NCBI GenBank assembly: GCA_963668315.1
Contig: OY764216.1
Location: 2,624,001-2,688,000, forward strand
Direction: 5' to 3'
DNA: 64,000 bases
Origin: Spirochaetia bacterium
GTDB taxonomy: Bacteria; Spirochaetota; Spirochaetia; DSM-2461
Below, piece after piece: positions 17,983 through 28,682 of the stretch. A program made the translations under genes and the position numbers. Positions within the stretch are counted from its first letter, which is position 1. Each line of letters starts with the position of its first letter. The notes below the pieces were generated by a model that was not told the DNA's origin, did no database searches, and saw nothing but the letters and a program-made list of their open reading frames with translations.

Positions 17983-18936
17983 TCAGTCCTCACTGACCGG
18001 AATTCCGAAAACGGGTCTGCCCGTTCCGTCCCAGAAAATTTTCTGCATTCTCGTATGCCGGTTTCTGTCCTCCAGGGGATCCCCTTTGATCCCGCGGTAG
18101 TTCCGGGCATGGTAGACAAGAATATCGGTTTTTCCGTCTTCGGTGAGGGTGAAACAGCTGTGCCCGGGCCCGTAGATGCCCGTTTCATCGGAGGATTGGA
18201 AGACGGGGACGGGACTCTTCTCCCAGGTGTTCCGGTCTAGAAGATCTCCCTCCTCCGGAGCGGTCAGGAGCCCCATGCAGTAGTTATGGTCCGTGCCGCT
18301 GGCCGAATAGGTCAGGAATATTCTTCCGTTCCTTATCAGAACGGCCGGCCCTTCATTCACATCGAAGAGCTGCTTTTCCCAGTCGAATTCGGGAGCGCTG
18401 AGCAGGACGGGCTTGCTCTTCAGTGTCCAGGGATCGGCCATTTCGCCGATATAGAGATTGCTGATCATGGGAGTAGCGGAAGGCTTCTGGGCCCAGACGA
18501 GATATCTTTTGCCCCGACACTCAAAGGTGGTGGCATCCAGGGTAAACGTCGTATCCCCCGTCTCTATTTCCCCCTTTTCCCTCCAGTTTCCTTCCAGGGG
18601 ATCGGCCGATTCATTTTCCAGGACGTATTTTCTGATATGCCAGACATCTTCCGAATCTCCAGCGGCGAAGTAGATATACCATTTCCCCCCGATAAAGTGG
18701 ATTTCCGGCGCCCAGATATGGGACCCCAGCTCTCCTCTCTCTCTTTTTCTCCAGATCACTTTCGCCTGTGCCTCCGCCAGACCCGCCAGGGTAGGGCTCT
18801 TTCTAAGCTCGATCAGATCGTATTCGGGGACAGTGGCCGTAAAGTAGTAGAATCCGTCTTCATGTCTGAAGATCCAGGGATCGGCTCTGTAGGGGATAAA
18901 GGGATTGGCGATCCCGGCAATTTTCTGGTTTTCCAT
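17983..18936 (-). CDS. GH43 alpha-L-arabinofuranosidase
   Basis: Motifs RADPWI, HIWAPEIH, LDATTF, VNEGPAV and GPGHSCF. Confidence 0.9.
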   Translation of the reverse strand: MENQKIAGIANPFIPYRADPWIFRHEDGFYYFTATVPEYDLIELRKSPTLAGLAEAQAKVIWRKRERGELGSHIWAPEIHFIGGKWYIYFAAGDSEDVWHIRKYVLENESADPLEGNWREKGEIETGDTTFTLDATTFECRGKRYLVWAQKPSATPMISNLYIGEMADPWTLKSKPVLLSAPEFDWEKQLFDVNEGPAVLIRNGRIFLTYSASGTDHNYCMGLLTAPEEGDLLDRNTWEKSPVPVFQSSDETGIYGPGHSCFTLTEDGKTDILVYHARNYRGIKGDPLEDRNRHTRMQKIFWDGTGRPVFGIPVSED

Positions 18937-19081
18937 TATATCTTCCTTTTCTATGCGTAATTATAGTCCCAATTAGGGGGGATGGGGAGGCGGAAACATT
19001 TGTTATACGCTTTTTTCTGTTTTTTTTTCAGAGAAGGATGGCGGCTGTATCCTCTCTCTGAAAATATGATATAGTTCGCCT

Positions 19082-19879
19082 ATGAATATTTTCAAATGTT
19101 TTCCCCAGGGGAAATTCAAAGTACTCACTTTGAGTTATGACGACGGTAAGGAAGCTGACAGAAGGCTTGTCTCCCTTTTCAACGAGTACGGGCTCAAGGG
19201 AACATTTCATCTGAACTCCGGACTTTTCAGCACTCCCGAAAGAATCCCCGAAGGGGAGATCGGCTCTCTCTATGAAGGCCATGAGATTTCTGCCCACACA
19301 CTGACCCATCCCACTATCGGCAGGTCTCCCCGGGAGGAGCTTGTCAGGCAGGTGATGGAAGACAGGAAAAATCTGGAGCGTCTCGCCGGGTATCCGGTCA
19401 GAGGATTGTCCTATCCCAACGGCTCCTACAACAGGGAAATCATCGGGACCCTTCCCGCCCTTGGCATCGAATATGCCCGGACGGTCAGAAGCACGGGGGA
19501 ATTCGGATTTCCCGACAATTTTCTTGAATGGCATCCCACCTGCCATCATAATGAAAATCTTCTTGAGCTGACCGATGACTTCGTCAGTCTCTATAAATCC
19601 CAGTATCTCTACATGATGTACGTCTGGGGACACAGTTATGAATTCGACAGGGATGATAACTGGAATCTCATGGAGGAATTCTGCAGACGGGCCGGACGGC
19701 GGGATGACATATGGTATGCCACCAACCTTGAGATTGTCGATTATTTCACCGTTCTGAACAATTTGAAATTCAGCGTGGATTTGTCCTTTGTCCAGAATCC
19801 TTCCGCCCGAAGCGCCTGGCTGGCCGAAGGGGAGAGAGTCATTGAGATACCCGGAGGAGAGCTGGTCGCCCTCTCGTAG
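19082..19879 (+). CDS. Polysaccharide deacetylase (CE4/NodB family)
   Basis: Motifs LSYDDG, HEISAHTLTHP, SYPNG and WGHSYEF. Confidence 0.9.
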   Translation: MNIFKCFPQGKFKVLTLSYDDGKEADRRLVSLFNEYGLKGTFHLNSGLFSTPERIPEGEIGSLYEGHEISAHTLTHPTIGRSPREELVRQVMEDRKNLERLAGYPVRGLSYPNGSYNREIIGTLPALGIEYARTVRSTGEFGFPDNFLEWHPTCHHNENLLELTDDFVSLYKSQYLYMMYVWGHSYEFDRDDNWNLMEEFCRRAGRRDDIWYATNLEIVDYFTVLNNLKFSVDLSFVQNPSARSAWLAEGERVIEIPGGELVALS

Positions 19880-19890
19880 AAAGGGACCCC

Positions 19891-21012
19891 TCAGATCTGA
19901 TTGATAAAATCCTGTATGTAGTAGAGGCAGGCCCCCACGGGTACGGAGTCGCCGGGATACCGGCTTATGGTAATAAAATGTTCCGTATCAATGAAAGGGG
20001 AATCGGTTTTTGAAAGGACCTTCAGCTTCTCCAGATCCTCTTCATTCACGTACTGGGCCAGTTCCCCGCCCAGTATGATGATCCTGTCCAGCAGGATGTG
20101 GAGACTGCTCATGGCATCGGCCGATTTTTTCAGGTATTCGTTCCAGCGGTCCATGTGGCCGGCAGATCCCCCCCTGAGGGCTTCAAAAAAATCGCCCGTT
20201 TTCTCCTCGTCATTGAGGAGGGCGCTGATGGAGCAGTACGTTTCGATACAGCCGCTTTTTCCGCAATAGCATTTTCTGCCGTTGGGAACGAGCTGCATGT
20301 GCTCCGCCGCTCCGCAATGGCCGTTGTCGCCCATGAGGATCTGACCGTTGGTGATCATCGCCCCGCCCAGATGGTTCCCCACCGAAAGGTAGAGGGCATT
20401 CTTCAGGCCTCCCGCGAACCAGAGTTCCGTGGTGGCGGCGCATTTGGCATCATGGAAAAAGGAGCAGTGGTAGTTGAGATGGCGGGAGAAGGCGGAAATA
20501 TTCAGCCCCGTATAACCCAGGGTTTTCCCGTAGGTGATGGTCGTGTTATCCACGGACGTCAGCCCTTCCACGGCAAATCCGACGCCCAGGATCTGATCGG
20601 AAAGATAATTACCCTCCAGGATGTAGTCCTTTACTTTATAGGCCACTTCCCTGTAGTAATCATCTTCGTCGGCATAGATCAGATCGTGATCGACCGTAAT
20701 GCCGATATTTCCCGTCAGATCAACGCAGAGAATACGGATTCTCTTCTGCAGGACCTTAACGCCGATGGCGATACGGGCCCTGGCGTTGATCGTATAGGCC
20801 ACGGCTCTTCTTCCGACGGATGATTCGAAATGGCCGTCCTTTCTTATCAGTCCCTGTTCTTCCAGTTTGACAAGTTTCTGCGTTACCGTGGGGAGACTTA
20901 ACCCGAGCTGACCGGCTATCTCCTGTTTGGATATCTTTCCGGAATGATAAATCAGCTTATAAATCTGCGAGAGATTGTTCTTTTTTATGTCCGTAACGGT
21001 AATGTTTTTCAT
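19891..21012 (-). CDS. ROK family transcriptional repressor
   Basis: N-terminal HTH (ISKQEIAGQLGLSLPTV); ROK Zn motif H...CYCGKSGCIE. Confidence 0.93.
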   Translation of the reverse strand: MKNITVTDIKKNNLSQIYKLIYHSGKISKQEIAGQLGLSLPTVTQKLVKLEEQGLIRKDGHFESSVGRRAVAYTINARARIAIGVKVLQKRIRILCVDLTGNIGITVDHDLIYADEDDYYREVAYKVKDYILEGNYLSDQILGVGFAVEGLTSVDNTTITYGKTLGYTGLNISAFSRHLNYHCSFFHDAKCAATTELWFAGGLKNALYLSVGNHLGGAMITNGQILMGDNGHCGAAEHMQLVPNGRKCYCGKSGCIETYCSISALLNDEEKTGDFFEALRGGSAGHMDRWNEYLKKSADAMSSLHILLDRIIILGGELAQYVNEEDLEKLKVLSKTDSPFIDTEHFITISRYPGDSVPVGACLYYIQDFINQI

Positions 21013-21114
21013 AGTAAGCAGTTAATAACCGGGAAAGGTTTTTCTCTCTATCTCTATTTTTACAAAAAATATCACAATATGAAAAAATATAAAAGAAGAA
21101 ATTGTCTAAACCTC

Positions 21115-21155
21115 CGGGAATTTCCCCCAAAACACAGTGTCTGGGGGAAATCCCG
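21115..21155 (-). terminator. Stem-loop downstream of the SDR gene
   Basis: CGGGAATTTCCCCCA ... TGGGGGAAATCCCG. Confidence 0.55.
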
Positions 21156-21156
21156 T

Positions 21157-21933
21157 TTAAATGCAGGTAAAGGCGCCGTCCACGATAAAGTCGGAACCGG
21201 TGGTAAATGAGCTGGCATCGCCCGCAAGATAGACGGCGATAGCCTGCAGCTCTTCGGGGCTGCCGAGCCTTTTCATGGGACTCATCTCTTCCCATTTGGC
21301 GATAAGGGGCTTGAGGCTTTCCGAGCTGGTTATCAGTTCGGTGGCCATATAGCCGGGGCTGAGGCTGTTCACCCGTACACCGCGGGTGGCGAACTCTACG
21401 GCCATGGATTTGGTAAGTTGCATGACCCCCGCCTTGGATGCGTTGTAGGAACACTGGGGCTGGGGGACATTCACAATGGTGCCCGACATGGACGCGGTGT
21501 TGATGATAGAGCCGAAGCCCTGTTTGAGCATCTGCCGGGCAGCCGCCTGGGCGGTGAGAAACACTCCGGTGAGATTGATATCTATCACCTTTTTCCACTG
21601 CTCCAGAGTCATATCCTCGCAGGGGATATTCATACAGATACCCGCATTGCAGAAGGCCGCATCCAGTTTGCCGAAGGTCTTCAGAATGGTTTCCATCATC
21701 ATTTCCACATCTTCCGGTTTGGTGGCATCCGCCTTGATCGCTACGGTCTGCACGGCCAGATTCCCGGCGATCATATCGCTGGTTCTCTCGGCTTCGTCAA
21801 TATCTATGTCCACTATGGCCACATTGCTGCCTGCCTCGGCCAGGGCGATGGCTATCTGTTTTCCTATTCCTCTGGCTCCTCCGGTAACAAAAGAGGCTTT
21901 GCCGTCCAATCTCATTTTTTCAATTATACCCAT
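21157..21933 (-). CDS. SDR oxidoreductase, polyol dehydrogenase / sorbose reductase-like
   Basis: Motifs TGGARGIG, NAG, ASMSG and VNVPQPQCSYNASK. Confidence 0.9.
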   Translation of the reverse strand: MGIIEKMRLDGKASFVTGGARGIGKQIAIALAEAGSNVAIVDIDIDEAERTSDMIAGNLAVQTVAIKADATKPEDVEMMMETILKTFGKLDAAFCNAGICMNIPCEDMTLEQWKKVIDINLTGVFLTAQAAARQMLKQGFGSIINTASMSGTIVNVPQPQCSYNASKAGVMQLTKSMAVEFATRGVRVNSLSPGYMATELITSSESLKPLIAKWEEMSPMKRLGSPEELQAIAVYLAGDASSFTTGSDFIVDGAFTCI

Positions 21934-22135
21934 ATGTTTTCTCCTTTATCCTGTGAAAATAAAAAGTAAAGTAGTTTTATAAATATGCATTCATAATAGT
22001 TCTCCTTTTCCTCTATGTCAATGGAAAAGTATTTTTAAATAGATAAATAAATATCGGAATAAGACGCTGTAACTATATATGATAGGGAAAAATAGAATGA
22101 ATACTACGATAAATTGTCAAATGGGAAAGTTTTTC

Positions 22136-22190
22136 TTGACAACTCGAAAAAATGGCCGTAGCATAGGTTTTGTTAAATCGCTTTACAAAA
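22136..22190 (+). promoter_or_regulatory. Sigma70 promoter plus palindromic ROK-type operator for the ABC operon
   Basis: TTGACA (22136)-17 bp-TAGCAT (22159), followed by TTTTGTTAAA-TCGC-TTTACAAAA (22168-22190). Confidence 0.7.
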
Positions 22191-22411
22191 GTAGTTTCGT
22201 AAATAATATTCATTAAATAAAAATTGGGGAGGTTTATTCGTATTTAAAAAAGGAAGCGTGTAAAAGGAAGATCGGTTTTGGTTTTCCCGCTGACCAGGCG
22301 TCTGTATCCGGGCGGCGGTTAAGGGAAAGGCAAGAGAAAGTTAGGAAAGTAAATTAAGGGAAAAGGAGAGGAATCGGATGATCAGCCTTTCCCGGAAAAT
22401 CGGAGGATAAA

Positions 22412-23377
22412 ATGAAAAAAATGATTATTGTATTGATGGCCGCTTTTATGGGCCTGGGGCTTTTTGCCAACGGTGCCGCCGAAGATGACGGCGTCATGAG
22501 AGTGGGTATTACCATTCAGTCCCTGGAAAACAGCTACTGGGCCGGTGTCTTCGGAGAGGTGGAAGCGATAATGGACGCCAAGGGCTGGGACTATACCATT
22601 CTGAGCTGCAAGGACAATTCGGCTACCCAGATCCAGCAGATAGAGAATTTCATTACCAATCAGGTTGATCTCATCATGGTTCATCCTTCCGATCCCAACG
22701 CTCTGGAAGATTATCTGGCCGCCGCCCGGGAGCAGGGTATCAAAGTTATGTGCTGGGATGACAAGATGACCAATACGGACGTTAACTGGGTTCTGGACAA
22801 TACCGAACTGGGATATACCATCGGAAGCGCCGCCGCCGAATTTGTCAACGATCATTACTCCGCTTCATCCAAAGCGCAGATCGCCGTTATGAACTATCCC
22901 CAGACTCCCATCCTTCTGGAGCGGGAAACGGGTATCCTGGCCGCTCTGAAAGATAAGGCCGCCGGAAAATACGAAGTCGTGGCCCAGCAGCCCGCCCTCG
23001 ATGCAGCTACCGCCCTTTCACATATGGAATCCATCTTCCAGGCCTATCCCGATACAAAAGTCGTCTGTTCCATCGGAGCCGGCGGTGACATCGGTGCCAA
23101 CGAAGCGTATATGTCCAAGCTGGGCGGCAAAATCCCCGCCGACGTGGGTATCTTCTCCGCCGACGCTACCCAGCAGCAGCTCGAGGCTATCGTCAACGGT
23201 GAAGCGTCAAGAGCTTCGGTCGGTTTCGAAGGGTCCAACAAAAAGACCGCCGAAGCCTGTGTCGCCCTGTATGAAAAGCTTATGAACGGCGAAACCTTTG
23301 CGGATCAGAATATTTTCAGACCCCTTCTGGTTATCAATGCCGATAACGCCGCCGAGTATCTGGCCGACTACAAATAA
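22412..23377 (+). CDS. Sugar ABC transporter substrate-binding protein (RbsB-like)
   Basis: Spirochaete-type signal peptide (LFANG); periplasmic binding protein pattern QIQQIENFI; GGAGG RBS. Confidence 0.92.
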   Translation: MKKMIIVLMAAFMGLGLFANGAAEDDGVMRVGITIQSLENSYWAGVFGEVEAIMDAKGWDYTILSCKDNSATQIQQIENFITNQVDLIMVHPSDPNALEDYLAAAREQGIKVMCWDDKMTNTDVNWVLDNTELGYTIGSAAAEFVNDHYSASSKAQIAVMNYPQTPILLERETGILAALKDKAAGKYEVVAQQPALDAATALSHMESIFQAYPDTKVVCSIGAGGDIGANEAYMSKLGGKIPADVGIFSADATQQQLEAIVNGEASRASVGFEGSNKKTAEACVALYEKLMNGETFADQNIFRPLLVINADNAAEYLADYK

Positions 23378-23400
23378 ACCGGAGGATTTGCGGTACTGTG

Positions 23401-23437
23401 AAGACGGCCGCTGTGTGTGATGCAGCGGCCGTTTCTT
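23401..23437 (+). promoter_or_regulatory. Intercistronic stem-loop after the binding-protein gene (mRNA stabiliser or partial terminator)
   Basis: ACGGCCGCTG ... CAGCGGCCGT followed by TTCTT. Confidence 0.6.
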
Positions 23438-23454
23438 ATTTAACGGAGAAAGCC

Positions 23455-24975
23455 ATGAGTGACGATTATATATTGCAGTTAAAAAACATAAGGAAGGAGT
23501 ATCCCGGCGTTGTGGCCCTTAAGGATGTTACCCTGGAAGTTCGGCCGGGGGAGATTCTGGGGCTGATAGGGGAAAACGGGGCAGGAAAATCCACTCTTAT
23601 CAAGACCTGTTCCGGCGCGGTTATCCCCACTTCGGGAAAAATCGTGGTGAACGGAAAGGAGTTCTCCTCCATGAGCCCCCAGCTGGCCAAGGAGAACGGG
23701 ATAGCCATCATCTATCAGGAATTCAATAACGTGGGCGAGCTGTCCGCCGCGGAAAACCTTTTTCTGGGGAATCCCATCAGAAAGGGACTTGTTATCGACA
23801 GGAAGGCGATGGAGAGGGAAGCGGAGAAAGCCTTCGCCCAGCTGAACATCAGGATAGATCCGAAGGCCCTGGTGAAAAACCTCACCGTCGGCTATCAGCA
23901 GATGATCGAAATCGCCAAAGCCATTCAGCAGAACGCCAAAGTGCTGATTATGGACGAGCCCTCCGCGCCCCTGACCAACTCAGAGGTTCAGAGCCTCTTC
24001 AAGGTCTGCGAACTTTTGAAATCCAAGGGGGTCTCCATCGTCTACATATCCCATAGACTGGAGGAGATTTTCCATCTGACCAGCCGTATCGTCGTCTTGC
24101 GGGATGGAAATTACATCGATACCCTGATTACGGCCGAAAGCAGTGTGGACGAGCTGATCAAGCTGATGGTGGGACGGGAGCTGAAGGATACTTTCCCTCC
24201 CCGGAAGCCCTTTGACTACGAAAAAGAGAGCGAGGTCCTGTTCGAGGCCAGGAATGTATCGGGGAACGGCGACAGAAACATCAATCTGAAAATCAGAAAA
24301 GGAGAAGTCCTCGGGCTCGGGGGCCTCGTCGGGGCGGGCCGGACGGAGCTGGCCCAGATGATCTTCGGCGATGTGCAGAAAACGGAGGGTCAGTTTTTCC
24401 TGAAGGGGAAGGAGATCCATCCTAAATCCCCCCGGGACGCCATCGATCTGGGAATCGCCCTGGTTCCGGAGGACAGAAAGCGGCACGGCGCCCTTCTGGG
24501 AATATCCGTGAAAAACAATATCAACATGCCCATCTACAAGAGCATCTCCCGTTTTTCCGTCATCGATGAGAAGAAGGAGAGGGAGGTGACGGAAAAATAC
24601 AAGGACGAGCTGATTATTAAAACGCCCACCATCCATCAGAATGTGAAGAATCTGAGCGGGGGAAATCAGCAGAAGGTCATTCTGGGGAAATGGCTGGCCG
24701 CCGATTCGGAACTCATCCTTCTCGATGAACCTACGAGAGGTATAGACGTGGGGGCCAAATTCGAAATCTATAAGCTGATCAACCAGCTGGTGGAGACCGG
24801 AAAAACGGTTCTGCTCATCTCTTCGGAGATGGAAGAGCTGATTGGTATGTCAGACCGGATTGTCGTGTTCGCCGAAGGAAGGATTACGGGCGAATTGAAG
24901 AGAGAAGAATTTGAACAGCATCTGATACTGAAGATGGCATCGGATATTCAGGAGGATAAAAAAAGTGAAAAGTAG
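23455..24975 (+). CDS. Sugar ABC transporter ATP-binding protein (RbsA/MglA-like)
   Basis: Motifs GENGAGKST, MDEP, LSGGNQQK and DEPTRGIDVGAK. Confidence 0.95.
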   Translation: MSDDYILQLKNIRKEYPGVVALKDVTLEVRPGEILGLIGENGAGKSTLIKTCSGAVIPTSGKIVVNGKEFSSMSPQLAKENGIAIIYQEFNNVGELSAAENLFLGNPIRKGLVIDRKAMEREAEKAFAQLNIRIDPKALVKNLTVGYQQMIEIAKAIQQNAKVLIMDEPSAPLTNSEVQSLFKVCELLKSKGVSIVYISHRLEEIFHLTSRIVVLRDGNYIDTLITAESSVDELIKLMVGRELKDTFPPRKPFDYEKESEVLFEARNVSGNGDRNINLKIRKGEVLGLGGLVGAGRTELAQMIFGDVQKTEGQFFLKGKEIHPKSPRDAIDLGIALVPEDRKRHGALLGISVKNNINMPIYKSISRFSVIDEKKEREVTEKYKDELIIKTPTIHQNVKNLSGGNQQKVILGKWLAADSELILLDEPTRGIDVGAKFEIYKLINQLVETGKTVLLISSEMEELIGMSDRIVVFAEGRITGELKREEFEQHLILKMASDIQEDKKSEK

Positions 24976-25912
24976 TATTATAAACAGCATAAAGAAAAGT
25001 GCCATCTGGCTGGTACTGTTTTTTCTGGTCATATTCTTTACCTCGGCCAACCCCCGGTTTTTATCGATGAACAATCTTTTCACCATCGCCCGGCAGGTTT
25101 CCATGTACGGTATCGCTTCCATTGGCATGACTTTTGTTATCCTGATTGCCGGCATCGACCTTTCCATCGGAACCATCATCACGATTGTCAACGTGGTATG
25201 CGCTTTCCTTATGGTCAATATGGGTATGGGAATGGCGGAAGCCGTGGCCGTCTCCGTCGTTATGGCCACGGCCATCGGCGTTCTGAACGGGTTCCTTGTC
25301 TCCACTGTGGGGATTCCCGCCATCATTGCGACTTTCGCCACACAGACGGTATTCGCCGGCGCGGCCTACCTGATCTGCGGCGGGACGCCCATCTACGGTT
25401 TTGATCCCCGTTTCAAGGTGATCGGCCAGGGGTATGTGGGGCCGGTTCCCGTTCCCGTTATCATCATGACCGCCTGCTTTCTCGCCGGCGCGTTTATTCT
25501 GAACAAAACCTATTTCGGCCGGTACTTCTACGCCGTGGGCGGGAACGAGGAAGCCGCCGAGCTTTCCGGTATCCGCGTCGGCCGGATCAAGTACCTGATC
25601 TTCGCCCTTTCCGGTTTCTTCGCCGGCCTGGCGGGAATCGTTATGCTGTCCCGGACCAATTCTGCCCAGCCCACCGCCGGTCTCGGCTACGAGTTTGACG
25701 TTATCACCTGCGTCGTCCTGGGGGGTGTTTCCATTATGGGAGGTCTGGGGAAAATCTCCGGGGTCATCGCCGGCGTCCTTATTATCGGCGTGCTGACAAA
25801 CGGCATGGTGCTTCTGAACATCAGCTCCTATACGCAGATGATCGTAAAGGGCCTTGTGCTTATGTTCGCCGTCGGTTTTGATACTCTGCAGAAGAAGAAG
25901 GCCGTATCCTAG
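24965..25912 (+). CDS. Sugar ABC transporter permease (RbsC-like)
   Basis: Motifs GIDLS and FGRYFYAVGGNEEAAELSG; multiple TM helices. Confidence 0.95.
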   Translation: MKSSIINSIKKSAIWLVLFFLVIFFTSANPRFLSMNNLFTIARQVSMYGIASIGMTFVILIAGIDLSIGTIITIVNVVCAFLMVNMGMGMAEAVAVSVVMATAIGVLNGFLVSTVGIPAIIATFATQTVFAGAAYLICGGTPIYGFDPRFKVIGQGYVGPVPVPVIIMTACFLAGAFILNKTYFGRYFYAVGGNEEAAELSGIRVGRIKYLIFALSGFFAGLAGIVMLSRTNSAQPTAGLGYEFDVITCVVLGGVSIMGGLGKISGVIAGVLIIGVLTNGMVLLNISSYTQMIVKGLVLMFAVGFDTLQKKKAVS

Positions 25913-25934
25913 GAGTCGTCCTTTCTTACTTTTT

Positions 25935-25976
25935 GCCGGCAGGGAATTCTCCGTTATTTCCTGCCGGCTTTTTTTT
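25935..25976 (+). terminator. Intrinsic terminator of the ABC operon
   Basis: GCCGGCAGG ... CCTGCCGGC followed by TTTTTTTT. Confidence 0.85.
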
Positions 25977-26541
25977 ATTCTTCCCCGAGCATCTCTGCTA
26001 ATTTTATTGCGGTGTTCCAGTTCCTTATGGTCATATTCTGGTATACCCCGGTTCCTATTATTCTGTTAAGGCCGCTTTTTGTTCTTTCCGCACCGAGTCG
26101 GCGGGAGTAGATGACCCCCTCTCCGGTCCAGAGCTTGTCCACTCCCTCCCGGGGCTTGAAACTCTGCAGCGCTATTTGACCGGGTATATCCATGAGAAAT
26201 ATAACATCATAGAGGTAGATCTCCCGATTTTCTCCGAACCGGGCGGGGCGGTTCTCTATGAGCGAAAGATAGAATGTCCGGGAGAGAACAAGAACCCGGA
26301 CAAGATCCCTGTCCAGGCTGAAGCGGAGGGGAAGCCGGTTCTCTATCAGAGCGGCCGTCTCCCGGCGATCCATGGCAGACCGGAGAATGACATTTCCGCT
26401 GGCTATATAGGTCATAATCCCGGTGAAGCCCAATTCCTGGAGCATTTCCTTCAATTCCCCCATGGGAATCTTATTTTTCCCCCCTACATTAATACCTCTG
26501 AAAAGAATCACATAGGTTTCCATAGTTTTATATTGGCTCAT
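25975..26541 (-). CDS. DUF1697 family protein
   Basis: Motifs FRGINVGGKNKIPM, TYIASGNV and TIRNWNT. Confidence 0.88.
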   Translation of the reverse strand: MSQYKTMETYVILFRGINVGGKNKIPMGELKEMLQELGFTGIMTYIASGNVILRSAMDRRETAALIENRLPLRFSLDRDLVRVLVLSRTFYLSLIENRPARFGENREIYLYDVIFLMDIPGQIALQSFKPREGVDKLWTGEGVIYSRRLGAERTKSGLNRIIGTGVYQNMTIRNWNTAIKLAEMLGEE

Positions 26542-26625
26542 AGAAAGATAATATACAAGGATCAAACAACCGGAATCCTTGCTCTTCCCTATTGGGAGAC
26601 TATAATTATAGATAAGAGGTATTTC

Positions 26626-27507
26626 ATGAAAAATTTCATACGCTTTTTTACCGTTCTTATCCTTTTTTTACCGGCCGTGACATTCTTCTCCTGCAATGAC
26701 CTGGAAGGAAGCGATTCCGAGGGCGTTATTCACTTGAAAATCACCGATGCCCCCGTTTCCGGGGAGGAGATCGGGGAAGTCCATGTGGCCGTTTCCAGGA
26801 TTGACATTCACATCCCCGATCAGTGGGTCTCTCTGATGGATTTCGGGGATGAGCCAGTCGATGTGGAGCTTCTCGCTTTGGCAGACGGAATAACCGAGGA
26901 CTTGGGTGTCTATTCCGTTCCTTCGGGAAAGGTGACCCAGGTAAGGGTCTGGCTGGAGGAGTCGGGCTGCTATCTTCTGAAGCCGGAAGATGATTATAAA
27001 TATCCCCTTCAAGTTTCCTCTTCGGGTGGATTCAAGGCCGTCGGGGGCTTTGATGTACCTGTGAATGACTCTGTTCATCTTGTCCTGGATTTTGACGTCC
27101 GGAAATCCCTGGGGAAAAACAGCTCCGGCTATTTTCTGAAACCGGCCATTCGGGTCGTCGGAGAGGACAATTCCGGCATGATCACGGGTACTGTAACCGA
27201 TGAGACAGCAGACCTGGACGGAAGGGAACTGACCGTCTTTGCCTATGAAGAGGGTACTTATGACGATTCAGAGGCGGAACTCTCTGCGGACGATCTCTAT
27301 TTTGAAAACGCCGTGAGCAGTGCCCATGTCAAGCTGTGCCCCGAAGGATACTGGGCTTACAGATTGGCTTTTCTCTCGGTGAACTATACCTATGATCTGG
27401 TTCTGGTCGAGTGGGACAGCGGTGTACCAACTGTTGTAAATGGTCAGGCCGCGACGGGTCTTTCCGTTGAACCGAAGGGGACGACGAAGGCTGATATCAT
27501 TTTCTGA
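26626..27507 (+). CDS. DUF4382-domain lipoprotein
   Basis: Lipobox FFSC; motifs ITDAP, LDFDVRKS and LKPAIR. Confidence 0.85.
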   Translation: MKNFIRFFTVLILFLPAVTFFSCNDLEGSDSEGVIHLKITDAPVSGEEIGEVHVAVSRIDIHIPDQWVSLMDFGDEPVDVELLALADGITEDLGVYSVPSGKVTQVRVWLEESGCYLLKPEDDYKYPLQVSSSGGFKAVGGFDVPVNDSVHLVLDFDVRKSLGKNSSGYFLKPAIRVVGEDNSGMITGTVTDETADLDGRELTVFAYEEGTYDDSEAELSADDLYFENAVSSAHVKLCPEGYWAYRLAFLSVNYTYDLVLVEWDSGVPTVVNGQAATGLSVEPKGTTKADIIF

Positions 27508-27552
27508 GGCTGATTCGAATCTCCTGTTTTGACTTTCATAGGGATTTTTCTC

Positions 27553-27610
27553 TTGACAAAGGGGACATCATTAATTATATTTCAAATATGACTAAATAAG
27601 TCGGAATAAT
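27553..27610 (+). promoter_or_regulatory. cysK promoter with Rrf2 (IscR/CymR-like) operator
   Basis: TTGACA at 27553; palindrome GACT-AAATA-AGTC at 27590-27602. Confidence 0.6.
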
Positions 27611-27637
27611 AATGAATAGAAATTACAGGAGTAGAAT

Positions 27638-28573
27638 ATGGCAAAGATAGCAAGTTCAATTACCGATCTGATAGGACACACCCCTCTTCTGGAACTGTCC
27701 CGATATGCCGGGGAAAAGGGAGCCCAGGCAAGGATTGTCGTCAAGCTGGAGTCCTTTAATCCCGCATCGAGCGTAAAGGACAGAATCGGTTACGCCATGA
27801 TCAAGGACGCCGAGGAGAAGGGGCTGATCAACGGGGACACGGTTATCATCGAACCGACGAGCGGCAATACGGGAATCGCCCTGGCCTTTGTTTCGGCTTC
27901 CCGGGGGTACAGGCTGATTCTGACAATGCCCGATTCCATGAGTCTCGAGAGAAGGAATCTTCTCAAGGCCCTGGGTGCCGAACTGGTGCTGACACCCGGT
28001 TCGGAGGGAATGGGAGGAGCTATCAGAAAGGCGGAGGAGCTGGCGGCGGAAACTCCCAATTCGTTTATCCCCCAGCAGTTTTCCAATCCGGCGAATCCGC
28101 AGATACACCGGAATACGACGGCCGTGGAAATCTGGGAGGATACCGACGGGGAGCTGGATATTTTCGTGGCCGGAGTGGGTACGGGAGGCACGGTGAGCGG
28201 CGTGGGCGGCGCCCTCAAGAGCCGCAATCCGAAGATCCATGTGGCGGCCGTGGAACCGGACGGTTCCAAGGTTCTTTCCGGCGGCAGCAAAGGTCCCCAT
28301 AAAATACAGGGAATCGGGGCGGGCTTTGTCCCTGATAATTTCGACCGGGACGTGGTGGATGAAATTGTCACCGTAACCAATGAGGAAGCTTTTGAGACCT
28401 CAAGGGAATTGGCCCGGAAAGAGGGAGTTCTTGTGGGCATCTCCTCCGGGGCGGCCCTGGCAGCGGCGGTCAAGCTGGCGAAGAAACCGGAGAATAAGGG
28501 AAAGACCATTGTCGCCCTCCTTCCCGATACGGGGGAGAGGTATCTTTCCACCACCCTGTTCACCGAGGAGTAG
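27638..28573 (+). CDS. cysK: Cysteine synthase A
   Basis: Motifs NPASSVKDR (PLP Lys), [22 protein letters not shown] and [10 protein letters not shown]. Confidence 0.97.
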   Translation: MAKIASSITDLIGHTPLLELSRYAGEKGAQARIVVKLESFNPASSVKDRIGYAMIKDAEEKGLINGDTVIIEPTSGNTGIALAFVSASRGYRLILTMPDSMSLERRNLLKALGAELVLTPGSEGMGGAIRKAEELAAETPNSFIPQQFSNPANPQIHRNTTAVEIWEDTDGELDIFVAGVGTGGTVSGVGGALKSRNPKIHVAAVEPDGSKVLSGGSKGPHKIQGIGAGFVPDNFDRDVVDEIVTVTNEEAFETSRELARKEGVLVGISSGAALAAAVKLAKKPENKGKTIVALLPDTGERYLSTTLFTEE

Positions 28574-28597
28574 GCGGATCATTCCTCCTGTTTAAAG

Positions 28598-28641
28598 AAA
28601 AATCCCCCGGCGAGGATAAATCCCTGCCGGGGGATTTTTTT
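28598..28641. terminator. Bidirectional intrinsic terminator
   Basis: AAAAATCCCCCGGC ... GCCGGGGGATTTTTTT. Confidence 0.85.
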
Positions 28642-28682
28642 ATCCGGAGAATAACCTCCGGAACGGGTGCATAGGAGAAGTG

